Shown: positions 42,636 through 53,981 of the stretch, piece by piece | Position numbering within the stretch: the stretch's first letter is position 1 | How the letters are laid out: every line of letters begins with the position of its first letter | DNA from: Escherichia phage vB_EcoM_KAW3E185 | DNA length: 64,000 bases | Sequence record: MK373782.1 | Strand: one strand, 5' to 3' | The notes under the pieces: generated by a model | Database searches by the model: none | What the model saw: the letters and a program-made list of their open reading frames with translations, nothing else | What the model was told of the DNA's origin: nothing | Position numbers and translations under genes: made by a program

Positions 42636-43123
42636 GTTTTAATAATCTCAATGATTTCATCTCGGGATAATCCATTGATAAGAACGGTTTTCGGACCATC
42701 ACACTGGATTTTGTATGATTCAAACAATACACACAACTCTTCTGCTGTATGATATGGACTTGAGATTCCGAGACGGTTGAATTTGTCGGTAAGAGGGTCG
42801 CAAATAATGTAAAATTTTATACCTGCGATATGTACGTTTGGTTGACTAATATTAATGAACACATTAGCGTCATATTTAGTCAAATTGTTTTGAAGAAATT
42901 CTACCATAGAATTAACTGCTTCTGGCATCGCTTCGCGTTTCTCTTCAGCGTATCGGGTTGAATACTCTTTTTGTTTTACTTTCTTTTTAAGATTTTTGGC
43001 CAGTGTAACACGTAGGTCAGTAAGATAACCAACTGGACGTCCTTTCTTAAAGACTCGGATTCCGTCAGTTGTGTCTCCAAAAGCGGTTACGACCATATCG
43101 TTAGTAATCAATTGCATATTCAT
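42623..43123 (-). CDS. alc: Alc-like protein (position-based; start moved to internal MNMQL downstream of promoter)
   Basis: 166 aa from chosen start with SD gaggag; lies between pseT cluster and rnlA as in T4. Confidence 0.5.
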   Translation of the reverse strand: MNMQLITNDMVVTAFGDTTDGIRVFKKGRPVGYLTDLRVTLAKNLKKKVKQKEYSTRYAEEKREAMPEAVNSMVEFLQNNLTKYDANVFINISQPNVHIAGIKFYIICDPLTDKFNRLGISSPYHTAEELCVLFESYKIQCDGPKTVLINGLSRDEIIEIIKTCLK

Positions 43124-43143
43124 AATTTTCTCCTCGTGTTGTT

Positions 43144-43173
43144 GATAAAAGCCATAGTAACACCTTCCTTGGT
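43144..43173 (-). promoter_or_regulatory. Early-type promoter (GTTTAC-N18-TACTAT) for alc
   Basis: In rnlA-alc gap. Confidence 0.45.
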
Positions 43174-43185
43174 GTTTGTAAACCA

Positions 43186-44319
<1,134 letters not shown>

Positions 44320-44335
44320 TCAGTTAGTTTTTTTA

Positions 44336-44365
44336 AATTGTACCACAATCCTTGTGGTGTGTAAA
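44336..44365 (-). promoter_or_regulatory. Early-type promoter (GTTTAC-N18-TACAAT) for rnlA
   Basis: -35 abuts denA stop. Confidence 0.45.
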
Positions 44366-44776
44366 CTACTTTTTCTTATGTTGGATATTCCAAGGCGGGT
44401 TGAACTTTTTGATAAAAAGCGGTTCTTCAAGGTCCATTGTTGCGATGGTCATTGAACCAAGTTCGTTGGTGACTGAAAGGTCAAAACATTGGCGGGCCCA
44501 GAATTCAACCTTTTTGCCTTGCATTAAGGCATCCAAAATCATAAGTGATTTTCTTGAATCTGAAGTCTGGTCTTTTCGATTTATGGCTGTTCGATAATAG
44601 TTAATGCGTTTCTTTAAATTCTTGGTTTTACCAATATACACAAGTTCGTCATCTATAGCAATAGCATATATGACATTTTTCTTATTAGGGACATCAACTG
44701 TTTTAATTGTTGCATCTTCTAATAGCTCCAATTCTGTATATTTAATAAAGGAATATTCGGCGGCGATATCTTTCAT
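44366..44776 (-). CDS. denA: Endonuclease II (GIY-YIG family)
   Basis: 136 aa (T4 EndoII length); VIYAIAIDDELVYIGKTKNLKKRINYY GIY-YIG-like motif; position before nrdB. Confidence 0.7.
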   Translation of the reverse strand: MKDIAAEYSFIKYTELELLEDATIKTVDVPNKKNVIYAIAIDDELVYIGKTKNLKKRINYYRTAINRKDQTSDSRKSLMILDALMQGKKVEFWARQCFDLSVTNELGSMTIATMDLEEPLFIKKFNPPWNIQHKKK

Positions 44777-44784
44777 AATAAAGT

Positions 44785-44798
44785 GGGACCGAAGTCCC
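44785..44798 (-). terminator. UUCG-loop hairpin after nrdB
   Basis: gggac-cgaa-gtccc. Confidence 0.45.
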
Positions 44799-44802
44799 GT
44801 CC

Positions 44803-45305
44803 TTAGAAATATTTTTTGTATGAATTGATTACATTTTGGTCTACATCATTATCAATTTGTGCAACAAGATAAGAACTGATTTCAACTTCTTGTGGGGCTG
44901 CTTGAACCAAATCAGAGTTCAAATACTCACGAATCCATGGAATAGGATGACGAGTTGATACGTCTTTAAGAGGACATGGCAGACCACAACTACGCATACG
45001 AGACACGGTAAGATAATCCACAAATTCACTTAGGATTTTAACATTTAGACCTGGAAGAGCACCATCTTTAAACAAGTGTTCAGCCCATTCTTTTTCTTGA
45101 GCGTTAACTTCCATGAAAATATCAACTGCTTCTTGTTCACACTCTTGAGCAATTTTGACCCATTCATCGCCGTCTTCGCCATCTTGTAAAGCACGAATAA
45201 TATATTGAGTGCCCTTGAGGTGGAGCTGTTCATCACGAGCAATGAACTTCATAATCTTGGCATTACCTTCCATGATTTCCATATTCTTATGGAAGTTAAA
45301 GGTAC
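44803..45305 (-). CDS. nrdB: Ribonucleotide reductase beta subunit NrdB, exon 2 (5' boundary inferred)
   Basis: Frame encodes (C)[29 protein letters not shown]..., matching the class Ia R2 block after the exon 1 end. Confidence 0.8.
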
Positions 45306-46396
45306 CGTTATGTTCGATTGAGCTCGCTAATTCTCAACCCGTTCTCTTATGAACTGCTACATATTACTATGCAGACCAGACTATATCACAATCCCAGAGG
45401 GATTCTCCCCATTTCGAGTCGCTTGACCCTACGTCCGAAGACTAGTCGTTGAACCTTGCTTTGCAATTGTCGCCGTGCCATCGTTTATATGTTGATGGTG
45501 ATAAATCTTTCTTATCACAATATGGACAATTCAATTGAATTCTATTTGGATTTAATTTACATCTGTCATTATGTTTTAGATAAAATCCAGGACCTTTACC
45601 AATGTGACCGCAGAAATCACATGTGATTTCTTTTTGTGCAGGATGGGTCCCGTTCTTAACCATTTCTAATGTTTTTGCTGATGTTCTTTTCTTATGGTCT
45701 TCTGACAAGAAATGATGTGAACCGTCATTTACCCGTTTTGATTGAGTTTCTGACTGCATTTTACCACCGCAAAATACATGAGTACCTTCTTTTATAGCTG
45801 CAATATTGCGTTCTTTAACTTTTGCAATATGCTCAGCTTGTTGAAAATTATGTATACCTAATGCAACTCTATTTAAATTAGATTTACGCTGTATTTCACC
45901 GTCTAAAAGATGAAATGTACCATTTTCTATCTTAGATTTAATAGAGGCAATATTTTTAGCTCGTACTTCAGGGATATTAAAAATCTGGATTTCTCTAGAT
46001 TTTGCGGCTTTAGAAGCTAATTCAGAAATTTCTTCAGGAGAATATTTCATTCTAAGCTTTATAGCATGACAAGCCTGGTAATCTTTTTGAGCTAAATGTA
46101 TATCATAATGTTCCTGTATAGAAAGGCACATCAAATTATCTAAATCATTATTTTCACGGTTACCGTCTTTATGATGGATTTCGTATGTTCTTCCATCAGA
46201 ATCTTTAGGTATAGGTCCGTTAGCATCTATCCAAATTTTTCTATAGTTCAATTGTGCATCCTCTTAAAAGTATAATCATATTTATATTATACTAATTAAA
46301 GGTGCAAGCAAAACCTTGGCTGCTAGTTTTCCTATAAAGGACTTTCCAGCAATTAAAGGAGTTTTCGATAAACGTTACCGTTTAAAGGCGCATTTT
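45306..46396 (-). mobile_element. Group I intron in nrdB carrying an intact HNH homing endonuclease ORF (boundaries inferred, ~1091 nt)
   Basis: nrdB reading frame interrupted; exon 1 ends in U, inferred intron ends in G; joining restores [12 protein letters not shown]...MEGNAK colinear with bacterial NrdB. Confidence 0.7.
45442..46251 (-). CDS. I-TevIII: Intron-encoded HNH homing endonuclease (I-TevIII-like, full length)
   Basis: 269 aa; HNH motif EIHHKDGNRENNDLDNLMCLSIQEHYDIH; C-terminal Cys pairs. Confidence 0.8.
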   Translation of the reverse strand: MNYRKIWIDANGPIPKDSDGRTYEIHHKDGNRENNDLDNLMCLSIQEHYDIHLAQKDYQACHAIKLRMKYSPEEISELASKAAKSREIQIFNIPEVRAKNIASIKSKIENGTFHLLDGEIQRKSNLNRVALGIHNFQQAEHIAKVKERNIAAIKEGTHVFCGGKMQSETQSKRVNDGSHHFLSEDHKKRTSAKTLEMVKNGTHPAQKEITCDFCGHIGKGPGFYLKHNDRCKLNPNRIQLNCPYCDKKDLSPSTYKRWHGDNCKARFND

Positions 46397-47072
46397 ACGC
46401 AAAAGATACATAAAAACGAATAGCTTCTAAGGCATTAATAACGTGTAAACAGAGGTAAAGAGACTTCATTAAAGCACGTTTAGCTTCGGCTTCTTGTTTA
46501 ATAGCTCGGTTTAAACGAAAGTCGGCATCAGGAGATTCTTTAGCTAGTTCTACAAATTCTTTAGCGTTTTCCCAATAACGAGCTTTAACCAGAACATCAT
46601 CATAATATCGTCCGATAGATTCGGCACGCTTCATAATAGCTTCATCTAATACAATCTCATCAAACACCTTCGATGGATCTGTATAAAGATTTCGCATAAT
46701 ATGAGTATATGAACGAGAGTGAATAGTTTCACTGAAAGTCCATGTAGCAACCCATGTATCTAATGAAGGGTCTGAAAGCAATGACATAAGTACCGCAGAT
46801 GGTGCTCTACCTTGGATAGAATCTAATAATGATTGATACTTAAGGTTGTTGGTAAAGATGTCCTGTTGGAACTGTGGAAGCTTATTAAACTGGGCCGAAT
46901 CCAACATCAAGTTTACCTCTTCGGGGCGCCAGAAAAAACTGATCTGCCGCTCAATGAGTTCTTCAAATACTCGATGTCGTTGAATATCATATCGAGCTAA
47001 ACCTAATCCAGAACCAAAGAACATCGGTTCATTCAAAACATCGACTTGTTGTGTGTTAAAAACTGTACTCAT
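46397..47072 (-). CDS. nrdB: Ribonucleotide reductase beta subunit NrdB, exon 1 (3' boundary inferred)
   Basis: Ferritin-like R2 N-terminal region ending ...ALEAIRFYVSFA. Confidence 0.8.
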
Positions 47073-47767
47073 TTAGAATCCTTAAATTTACATTTATCAT
47101 AATGCCATCTTAAAGCATTGCCTTTATTAACTTTCTTACCACAGTGCGGGCAAGGTGGATACTCAGTCCTTTGTTTAGTCTTCAAAGAAATTAAATCACG
47201 CGTTTCTTTGCTATGAGGAACATCTCTTGTAGGAGAAATTGTACCATACATAGGGTTAAGCACACCAACTTTAGCAGAAGATATGTTCTTTTTAGCTTCC
47301 TCTGATTTGGGCTTTCTCATCTTTTTCTTAGTTTCTTCGCTTTTAGCCCTTCCTTTGGTTGCCGCCGATATTTTGTGTTTGGTTTCTTCTGTTAAACGCA
47401 GACCTGTTTTCGCTTTTGATATTTTCAGTCTCGTTTCTTCAGAAATGACCGTACCTTTGCGAAATTGTGAATTTAACTTCTTTGCATGGGCATATATTTT
47501 AGAATGAACTTTATAATGACGTTTCTTAGTTCCTTTCATATTGCACATCATGAAAAATGCGAATATAACAGATTTTACCGGATAAATCTTTGATAAAATA
47601 GCATGCGCTATAAAATGTTCTCTAGCTGTTAATTCAACTAAATTTTCCTTATCATCAGTACCTCCCATACATCTAGGTAAGATATGATGATTCTCTTTAT
47701 ACCCTGATAAAGGTTCCCGAGCCTGAGCTCGGGAAATTAGGTCGTTATAGATTTTTTGATAATTCAT
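47069..47767 (-). CDS. mobE: Free-standing HNH homing endonuclease (MobE-like, between nrdA and nrdB)
   Basis: 232 aa; HNH motif HHILPRCMGGTDDKENLVELTAREHFIAH; position. Confidence 0.75.
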   Translation of the reverse strand: MNYQKIYNDLISRAQAREPLSGYKENHHILPRCMGGTDDKENLVELTAREHFIAHAILSKIYPVKSVIFAFFMMCNMKGTKKRHYKVHSKIYAHAKKLNSQFRKGTVISEETRLKISKAKTGLRLTEETKHKISAATKGRAKSEETKKKMRKPKSEEAKKNISSAKVGVLNPMYGTISPTRDVPHSKETRDLISLKTKQRTEYPPCPHCGKKVNKGNALRWHYDKCKFKDSK

Positions 47768-50022
47768 TACAATTTACAAGCAGAACAATCTTCAGCTTTA
47801 GGTGTTTCTAATTCATAGTCATCAGTACCAGAACCATCACGAGTGTTATGATAGTAGAGGTTTTTTCCGCCAAAGTACCAGAAGTAAAGCAGATCGTCAA
47901 GCATTACTGACATTGGCACTTTACCTTTCTCAAATACTGCAGGGTCATAGTAAGTATTAGCAGAAGCAGATTGGCACACCCATTTCAACATGATAGCAAC
48001 TTGGGTCAAATAAGGTTTATTACCTTTCTTAGCAAGTTTCCACGCGTAGTCGTAAAGACCCATGTTATGTTCGATATTAGGAACAACCTGACGGAAGTTG
48101 CCTTCTTTAGATTCTTTAATACTTACTGGACCGCGCGGGGGCTCAATCCCGTTTGTAGAGTTTGATACTTGACTGCTTGACTCACAAGGCATGAGTGCAG
48201 ACAACGTTGAGTTACGAATTCCATGTTCTTTGAGTTCAGCTCGAAGTTCTTCCCAATCACATACGTAGTTCGGGGCTGCGATTTGGTCAATCTTTTTATT
48301 GTACCAGTCAATAGGTAATTCGCCTCTAGACCATTTAGTGTCTGAATAATACTCGCAACATCCTTTTTCTTTGGCGAGTTTGATTGAAGCTTTGATAAGG
48401 CCATATTGCAATCTCTCAAACAATTCATGAGTCAAATCGTTAGCGTCTTCATATGAAGCGAAGTTAGAAGCTAACCATGCAGCATAGTTCGTAACACCAA
48501 CACCAAGATTTCGACGCTTTTTAGCTTTTAAAGCTTCCGGAACCGGATAATCTTGATAGTCTAGCAGGTTATCAAGTGCACGTACTTGTACTTCAGCAAG
48601 TTCATTAATTTTATCTTGGTCTTGCCAATCAAATTTATCTAATACAAAGGCAGATAACGTGCATAAACCAATTTCAGCATCAGGACCATTCACATCATTA
48701 GTTGGAATAGCGATTTCACAACATAAGTTACTCTGACGAATTGGAGCTTTTTCACGAATAAACGGAGTGTAGTTATTCGTGTTATCAACAAACTGTGGAT
48801 AAATTCGAGCAGTACCAGAGCGTTCAGTCATGAACAATTCAAAGAGTTCTAGTGCTTTGATTCTTTTCTTTCTGATTGTTGGGTCTTTTTCAGCTTTCTC
48901 ATAAAGCTCACGGAATTTATCTTGATCTTCAAAGAACGAGTAGTATAGTTCGCCTGACATTTCGTGAGGGCTAAATAAAGTAATATAATCATTTTTACCA
49001 AGGCGTTCCATCATAAGGTCATTAATCTGAATTCCGTAGTCCATATGTCGAATACGGTTTTCATCCACGCCTTTGTTATTTTTCAGAACTAATAGGTTCT
49101 CTACTTCTAAGTGCCACATCGGATAATACGCTGTAGCAGCACCACCACGAATACCACCTTGAGAACAAGATTTTACTGCAGTTTGGAAATGTTTCCAGAA
49201 TGGAATAACACCCGTATGTCGAACTTCACCCATACCGATCTTAGAACCTTCTGCACGAAGCATACCAACGTTGATACCTATACCAGCTCGTTTAGAAATA
49301 TATTCAATAATTGATGCTGAAGTTTTGTTAATAGATTTTAATGAATCACCGGCTTCAATAACTACACAACTAGAGAACTGGCGAGTTGGAGTACGAGCAC
49401 CTGCCATAATTGGAGTAGGCAATGAAACTTGATGAGTAGAAACGGCGTCATAAAAACGAATAATATGTTTCAAACGGTCATGAGTTTCGTCTTGATGTAA
49501 GGCCATACCAATAGCCATGATAGCAAACTGGGGAGTTTCATAAATCTTCCCAGTTGTTTTATCTTTAACTAGATATTTTTCTTTAAGCTGCATAGCACCA
49601 GCATAAGTCAGGTCAAAGTCTCGTTCATGTTTAATCTGTGAATCGAGATAAATGATTTCTTCTGCTGAATATTGAGACAACAGCTCAGGGTCATATTTGC
49701 CTTCATTAACACAATAAGAAATATGGTCGATAAAAGCAGGCGGCTCAAACTGCCCATATACATCTTTACGAAGTGCAAACATTAGCCCTTTGGCGGCGAC
49801 ATACTGATAATCAGGTTCTTCGACAGAAATCGAGTTAGCTGCAACTTTAATACAAATCTTCTGAATATCTTTGGTGCTCATCCCATCGACAAGATGGGTC
49901 TTAATTTCTTCGTACAATTCATATGGGTCGATTTGTGTTCCTTCACATTGCCAAGTTAATACTTGAATAATTTTCTGTGCATCAAAATTTTGGGATACCC
50001 CACTGCTCTTAGTTACTTGCAT
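47767..50022 (-). CDS. nrdA: Ribonucleotide reductase alpha subunit NrdA (class Ia)
   Basis: 751 aa; active-site motifs SNLCCEI and PCESS. Confidence 0.92.
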   Translation of the reverse strand: MQVTKSSGVSQNFDAQKIIQVLTWQCEGTQIDPYELYEEIKTHLVDGMSTKDIQKICIKVAANSISVEEPDYQYVAAKGLMFALRKDVYGQFEPPAFIDHISYCVNEGKYDPELLSQYSAEEIIYLDSQIKHERDFDLTYAGAMQLKEKYLVKDKTTGKIYETPQFAIMAIGMALHQDETHDRLKHIIRFYDAVSTHQVSLPTPIMAGARTPTRQFSSCVVIEAGDSLKSINKTSASIIEYISKRAGIGINVGMLRAEGSKIGMGEVRHTGVIPFWKHFQTAVKSCSQGGIRGGAATAYYPMWHLEVENLLVLKNNKGVDENRIRHMDYGIQINDLMMERLGKNDYITLFSPHEMSGELYYSFFEDQDKFRELYEKAEKDPTIRKKRIKALELFELFMTERSGTARIYPQFVDNTNNYTPFIREKAPIRQSNLCCEIAIPTNDVNGPDAEIGLCTLSAFVLDKFDWQDQDKINELAEVQVRALDNLLDYQDYPVPEALKAKKRRNLGVGVTNYAAWLASNFASYEDANDLTHELFERLQYGLIKASIKLAKEKGCCEYYSDTKWSRGELPIDWYNKKIDQIAAPNYVCDWEELRAELKEHGIRNSTLSALMPCESSSQVSNSTNGIEPPRGPVSIKESKEGNFRQVVPNIEHNMGLYDYAWKLAKKGNKPYLTQVAIMLKWVCQSASANTYYDPAVFEKGKVPMSVMLDDLLYFWYFGGKNLYYHNTRDGSGTDDYELETPKAEDCSACKL

Positions 50023-50318
50023 ATGTCCTCTATATTAAATTCGTCTTTAAAAAGTTTATTAACCACTAGAGCTATTATATCACCATGACAGGCTTTTGGT
50101 TTACATGTGCATCCCAGACGCATACCACGTAAAGGTTCTAGATGAGCTTTTGTGATTTCTCCACACTTAATTCTCTTAATAAAATCCTTTTTGAAAAGCT
50201 CAATAGCTTCTTCTCGGGAAGAGGCATCCTTGCCTACATAATTTCCCCAGAATGTGCCACGATGAATATTAACATCAAAATCGGATTTATATTTATTCAC
50301 AACGCGGCACATTTTCAT
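50013..50318 (-). CDS. Hypothetical Cys/His-rich protein (101 aa)
   Basis: Motif LGCTCKPKACHGD suggests metal binding; function unknown. Confidence 0.5.
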   Translation of the reverse strand: MKMCRVVNKYKSDFDVNIHRGTFWGNYVGKDASSREEAIELFKKDFIKRIKCGEITKAHLEPLRGMRLGCTCKPKACHGDIIALVVNKLFKDEFNIEDICK

Positions 50319-50572
50319 TACATGTCCTCTGCAATAATTTCTTCATATTCTTTAGGTGTCAAGACTGTGATATTGAAATAAACCAACGGTTCTTTTTCTA
50401 TACCGAATCCACCACAGAATTCACGATATTCATAAATTCGTTCATGTGAATAACAAATGAATCGTTCACCTTTAACTGTGATTTCACTATTCGGTGAAGG
50501 GATATCTAGTTCGGTAGGATTTTTCATTTCAAAAATTGTGGTGCCATATGAATTAATAAAACGTAAAATCAT
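50318..50572 (-). CDS. Hypothetical protein (84 aa)
   Basis: ORF only. Confidence 0.5.
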   Translation of the reverse strand: MILRFINSYGTTIFEMKNPTELDIPSPNSEITVKGERFICYSHERIYEYREFCGGFGIEKEPLVYFNITVLTPKEYEEIIAEDM

Positions 50573-51433
50573 TTATACCGCCATTTTAGCTTTGATAGTT
50601 GGATGAGATTCGTAATTTTTAAGAACGAAATCAGAATGTGTCATCGTTCCAGTAACCCAGTCCACTTGGATTTTTGTAGGCCAATTCTCAAAATTACTAG
50701 GCCAATTAATTTCAAGAGAACACAACTCTTTAGGTTCACGACGAAGAACTTCTTTGCATTGTTCTACATGATTGCTGTAGATATGCGTATTGCCGCCTGA
50801 GAACACTAAATCACCTGGGATAAGGTTACACATCTTCGCTACAATATGCGTCAAGGCAGCGTACGAGGCAATGTTGAACGGCAGGCCCAAGAAAACATCT
50901 ACACTGCGTTGATACCATTGTAAATCAAGATGCCCATTACGCACATTAAATTGATAGAACATATGACAAGGAGGAAGAGCCATTTGGTCAATTTCGGCTG
51001 GGTTCCATGCAGAAACTATTTGACGACGATCATTAGGAAGAGCTTTAATACGGTCGATAGTTTTGACCAATTGGTCTACACCACCAAAATCACGCCATTG
51101 CTTACCATAAATAGGACCAAGTTCGCCGCTATGATATCCAAGGTCTTTTGCCTGATTTTCATAGTTGTCGTCCCAAATAGTTTTACCTTGAATAAGACTA
51201 CCATGAGTACGAATACGCAAATCATTAACATTGGTAGAACCAGACATGAACCACAGTAACTCGGCAATACAAGCTTTCCATGCTAATTTCTTAGTTGTTA
51301 CTGCAGGGAATCCTTTAGTCAGATCCCAACGTAATTTAGTTCCGAACAGGGCAATAGTGCCGGTACCTGTACGGTCGTCTGTTTCGTAGCCATTTTCTAG
51401 GATATCATTAATCAGGTATTGGTATTGTTTCAT
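50573..51433 (-). CDS. td: Thymidylate synthase (uninterrupted, no intron)
   Basis: 286 aa contiguous; active-site LPPCH motif. Confidence 0.92.
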   Translation of the reverse strand: MKQYQYLINDILENGYETDDRTGTGTIALFGTKLRWDLTKGFPAVTTKKLAWKACIAELLWFMSGSTNVNDLRIRTHGSLIQGKTIWDDNYENQAKDLGYHSGELGPIYGKQWRDFGGVDQLVKTIDRIKALPNDRRQIVSAWNPAEIDQMALPPCHMFYQFNVRNGHLDLQWYQRSVDVFLGLPFNIASYAALTHIVAKMCNLIPGDLVFSGGNTHIYSNHVEQCKEVLRREPKELCSLEINWPSNFENWPTKIQVDWVTGTMTHSDFVLKNYESHPTIKAKMAV

Positions 51434-52017
51434 TTATATACGCTCTCAGTAATTTCGGTGAGTTCATCGATTCTGTAGTAATGAGATTCTACCATAGAAC
51501 GTTGAAGCATAATATCTTGGACGAAATCTTTATCAAGTTGAACATCGGAATTAACACGACATTTCTTAATGATTTTAGTCATCACGATTTCATCGGCATA
51601 AGGCAGTGCTTGTTTAAGTAGAGCAGGACCGCCGATAACAGATACATTAACATGTTCAGTAGAAAGTTTAAACGGTACATCAGTTGCAGGGCTAAACAGG
51701 TTAATTTCACCACCTGTTACCAAGGTAATAAATTCAGATTGGGTGATATAGAACCGTGCAAGTTCATCAGTTTTAGTCCTAGGCAGTTTTCTGGCCATAT
51801 CAGTGACAACCACATGAGTACGATCTGGGAGTAGACGAGGTAATGATGCAAAAGTCTTAGCACCCATAACCATTACAGTGTTTTTAGTGCGAGCAACAAA
51901 GTTACTCATATCTTGTTTGATATGCTTCCATGGAAGTCTATCACCTAATCCAAAAGCATATTCCAGTTTATCATCAACTGTTTTAGATGGTGCGCATGCG
52001 AATACTAATTTAAGCAT
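51430..52017 (-). CDS. frd: Dihydrofolate reductase
   Basis: 195 aa; position td-frd, overlapping stop/start. Confidence 0.85.
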   Translation of the reverse strand: MLKLVFACAPSKTVDDKLEYAFGLGDRLPWKHIKQDMSNFVARTKNTVMVMGAKTFASLPRLLPDRTHVVVTDMARKLPRTKTDELARFYITQSEFITLVTGGEINLFSPATDVPFKLSTEHVNVSVIGGPALLKQALPYADEIVMTKIIKKCRVNSDVQLDKDFVQDIMLQRSMVESHYYRIDELTEITESVYK

Positions 52018-52258
52018 TTTTAAGTCCTTTAATAACTTTTTGGATTTGTGATTTAGACGAAACTAGTTCTGTCTGAATTTCCAAACCATCGGTTTGGTCA
52101 AATGTTGTAACACAAACACGAGGTTTTGTTGTGTATCGTCCAGACAAATCAAATGCATCACCAATGAATTCGGCCAAATCCGGATGGTCTAAATTAACTG
52201 AAGTATAAACTTCATATCCGACATCAGCGCCTTGAGAGTATTCAACAACAACATTCAT
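52010..52258 (-). CDS. Hypothetical protein (82 aa)
   Basis: ORF only. Confidence 0.5.
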   Translation of the reverse strand: MNVVVEYSQGADVGYEVYTSVNLDHPDLAEFIGDAFDLSGRYTTKPRVCVTTFDQTDGLEIQTELVSSKSQIQKVIKGLKNA

Positions 52259-52260
52259 AA

Positions 52261-52509
52261 TTATTTCCTCAGATTTTTCTTAACAACTTTCCAATCGGCT
52301 TTGAACATTTCAACATCAGAGTGGCAAATCCAGAATCCTGCACTTTCACCATCTTCGTAGAGTGGACATCCATCACATTCTTCGTTCCAACCCATTTCGC
52401 GTAAAGCTTCTTCAGCTTGTTCAAGGAGTTCAGCATCTTTACCAACGATGTTGAAGTACCATTTACCTCTAACTTCCAAATCTTTGATGCTCTGGCGTTG
52501 CAATCTCAT
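52261..52509 (-). CDS. Hypothetical protein (82 aa)
   Basis: ORF only. Confidence 0.5.
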   Translation of the reverse strand: MRLQRQSIKDLEVRGKWYFNIVGKDAELLEQAEEALREMGWNEECDGCPLYEDGESAGFWICHSDVEMFKADWKVVKKNLRK

Positions 52510-52538
52510 TTTATTCTCCTCTTCACTTTTATTTTATA

Positions 52539-52558
52539 GGGCTATGTTATAGTAGCCC
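52539..52558 (-). terminator. Stem-loop gggcta-N8-tagccc overlapping next promoter
   Basis: 6-bp stem between two minus-strand ORFs. Confidence 0.35.
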
Positions 52559-52572
52559 TATCTTGTTATAAA

Positions 52573-52965
52573 CTACTTTTTAAAAGTTTTTTGCAAAAGT
52601 TTGATGATTTCGTCGACGTTAGTTTCATCTACGATACAATGGATTTTTGTTACACCTAAAGCTATACCTTCGTTAGTAGGTTGAGGCTTTACTATATCTA
52701 CCTCAGTAAAGTATTTGAACTCGTCAGGATAAATCTCAAAATAAGTTTCAATTTCACCACCGGCAGAACATACAGTACCATCTTCCATAGTTACACTTAC
52801 TACGTTTGACGTATCGCTATCATAATCAGGTTCCATTCCGTTTACAACAAAACTAGGCCCGTGGAGTTCAATCAATTTTAACATCTTAGCGTTATTGTGT
52901 GGTGCTTCTTGAACAAAGTCATCTTTAAATAAAGGGTTAATGATATAAGATTTTCCGATTTCCAT
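52573..52965 (-). CDS. Hypothetical protein (130 aa)
   Basis: ORF with early-type promoter upstream. Confidence 0.5.
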   Translation of the reverse strand: MEIGKSYIINPLFKDDFVQEAPHNNAKMLKLIELHGPSFVVNGMEPDYDSDTSNVVSVTMEDGTVCSAGGEIETYFEIYPDEFKYFTEVDIVKPQPTNEGIALGVTKIHCIVDETNVDEIIKLLQKTFKK

Positions 52966-52994
52966 TTTGATTTCCTCATGTTGTTGATAGGTCT

Positions 52995-53023
52995 ATACTA
53001 ACACATCCAGGGAAGAAGTAAAC
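52995..53023 (-). promoter_or_regulatory. Early-type promoter (GTTTAC-N17-TAGTAT)
   Basis: Upstream of 130-aa ORF, just downstream of gene 32 terminator. Confidence 0.45.
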
Positions 53024-53054
53024 AACTTTTTCGGCAATTTACAGATACTCAAAA

Positions 53055-53072
53055 GGGAGACCGAAGTCTCCC
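53055..53072 (-). terminator. Terminator hairpin GGGAGAC-UUCG-GUCUCCC after gene 32
   Basis: Directly downstream of gene 32 stop, T-run follows on minus strand. Confidence 0.65.
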
Positions 53073-53078
53073 AATTTA

Positions 53079-53981
53079 TTATAAACCAGCTAACAGGTCA
53101 TCGAGGTCGCCATCATCAGAGGATGAGGTAGAGCTCATGAAGTCATCTTCAGTTTTTGCAGAACTAAAGGCTTCCATGTCTTTATCAAAATCGTCAAGGT
53201 CAGAAGCAACTTTATCTGCAACAGAAGCTGCTGCGGCTGCTGCACCACCAAGAGCGGCAGTACCAAGAACCTTAGCGAAAGATTCATTTAATTTTTCAAA
53301 GGATTTGAACTGGTCTTTAGCCGTCAAAGTAGTAAGGTCTACCATCTGGTCATATAGTTCTTTCTGGAATGCTTCATCATTAATACGAGGAATTTCAGAT
53401 TGACCCAAGAATTTAGATTCGTCATAGTTGCTAAAACCGGAAACCTGCTTAGCTTTCAGAACGAAGTTGGCACCTTCAAACGGACAAGTAACATCAACTG
53501 GAGTTTCACCCATTTCGGTATCAACAGCAATCATTGCATTGATTTTGTCCCAAATCTTTTTACCGAAACGATATTTAAATACTTTACCTTCGTTATCTGG
53601 AGCTTGAGGGTCTTTAACAACCAGAATATTAGCCCAATAAGAAGTTTTACGTTTCAGTTGAGAATATTCATTTTTGTTGGTATTGTACAGGTCATTTTTA
53701 CTAATGTACTGACATACAGGACAAGAGTCATAATCACCGTGTGTAGAAGAGCAATTTTCAATATACCATTTACCATTTTTCTTGAAACCGTGGTTAACAA
53801 GAATTGCAAATGGTAGTGCATCATCAGTTTTTGCTGGCAAGAAACGAATTACCGCTTGACCATTACCGGATGCATCTAGCTTCAGCTTCCATTCGCCTTT
53901 ATCTTCTGAAGAGAAACCTTTGTTACCATTCAGTTTAGCCATTTGAGCAGCGAGGTCAGCAGTAGATTTACGTTTAAACAT
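53079..53981 (-). CDS. 32: Single-stranded DNA-binding protein gp32
   Basis: 300 aa; zinc-binding H/C cluster ([15 protein letters not shown]), acidic C-terminus; operator/pseudoknot leader upstream. Confidence 0.92.
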   Translation of the reverse strand: MFKRKSTADLAAQMAKLNGNKGFSSEDKGEWKLKLDASGNGQAVIRFLPAKTDDALPFAILVNHGFKKNGKWYIENCSSTHGDYDSCPVCQYISKNDLYNTNKNEYSQLKRKTSYWANILVVKDPQAPDNEGKVFKYRFGKKIWDKINAMIAVDTEMGETPVDVTCPFEGANFVLKAKQVSGFSNYDESKFLGQSEIPRINDEAFQKELYDQMVDLTTLTAKDQFKSFEKLNESFAKVLGTAALGGAAAAAASVADKVASDLDDFDKDMEAFSSAKTEDDFMSSTSSSDDGDLDDLLAGL

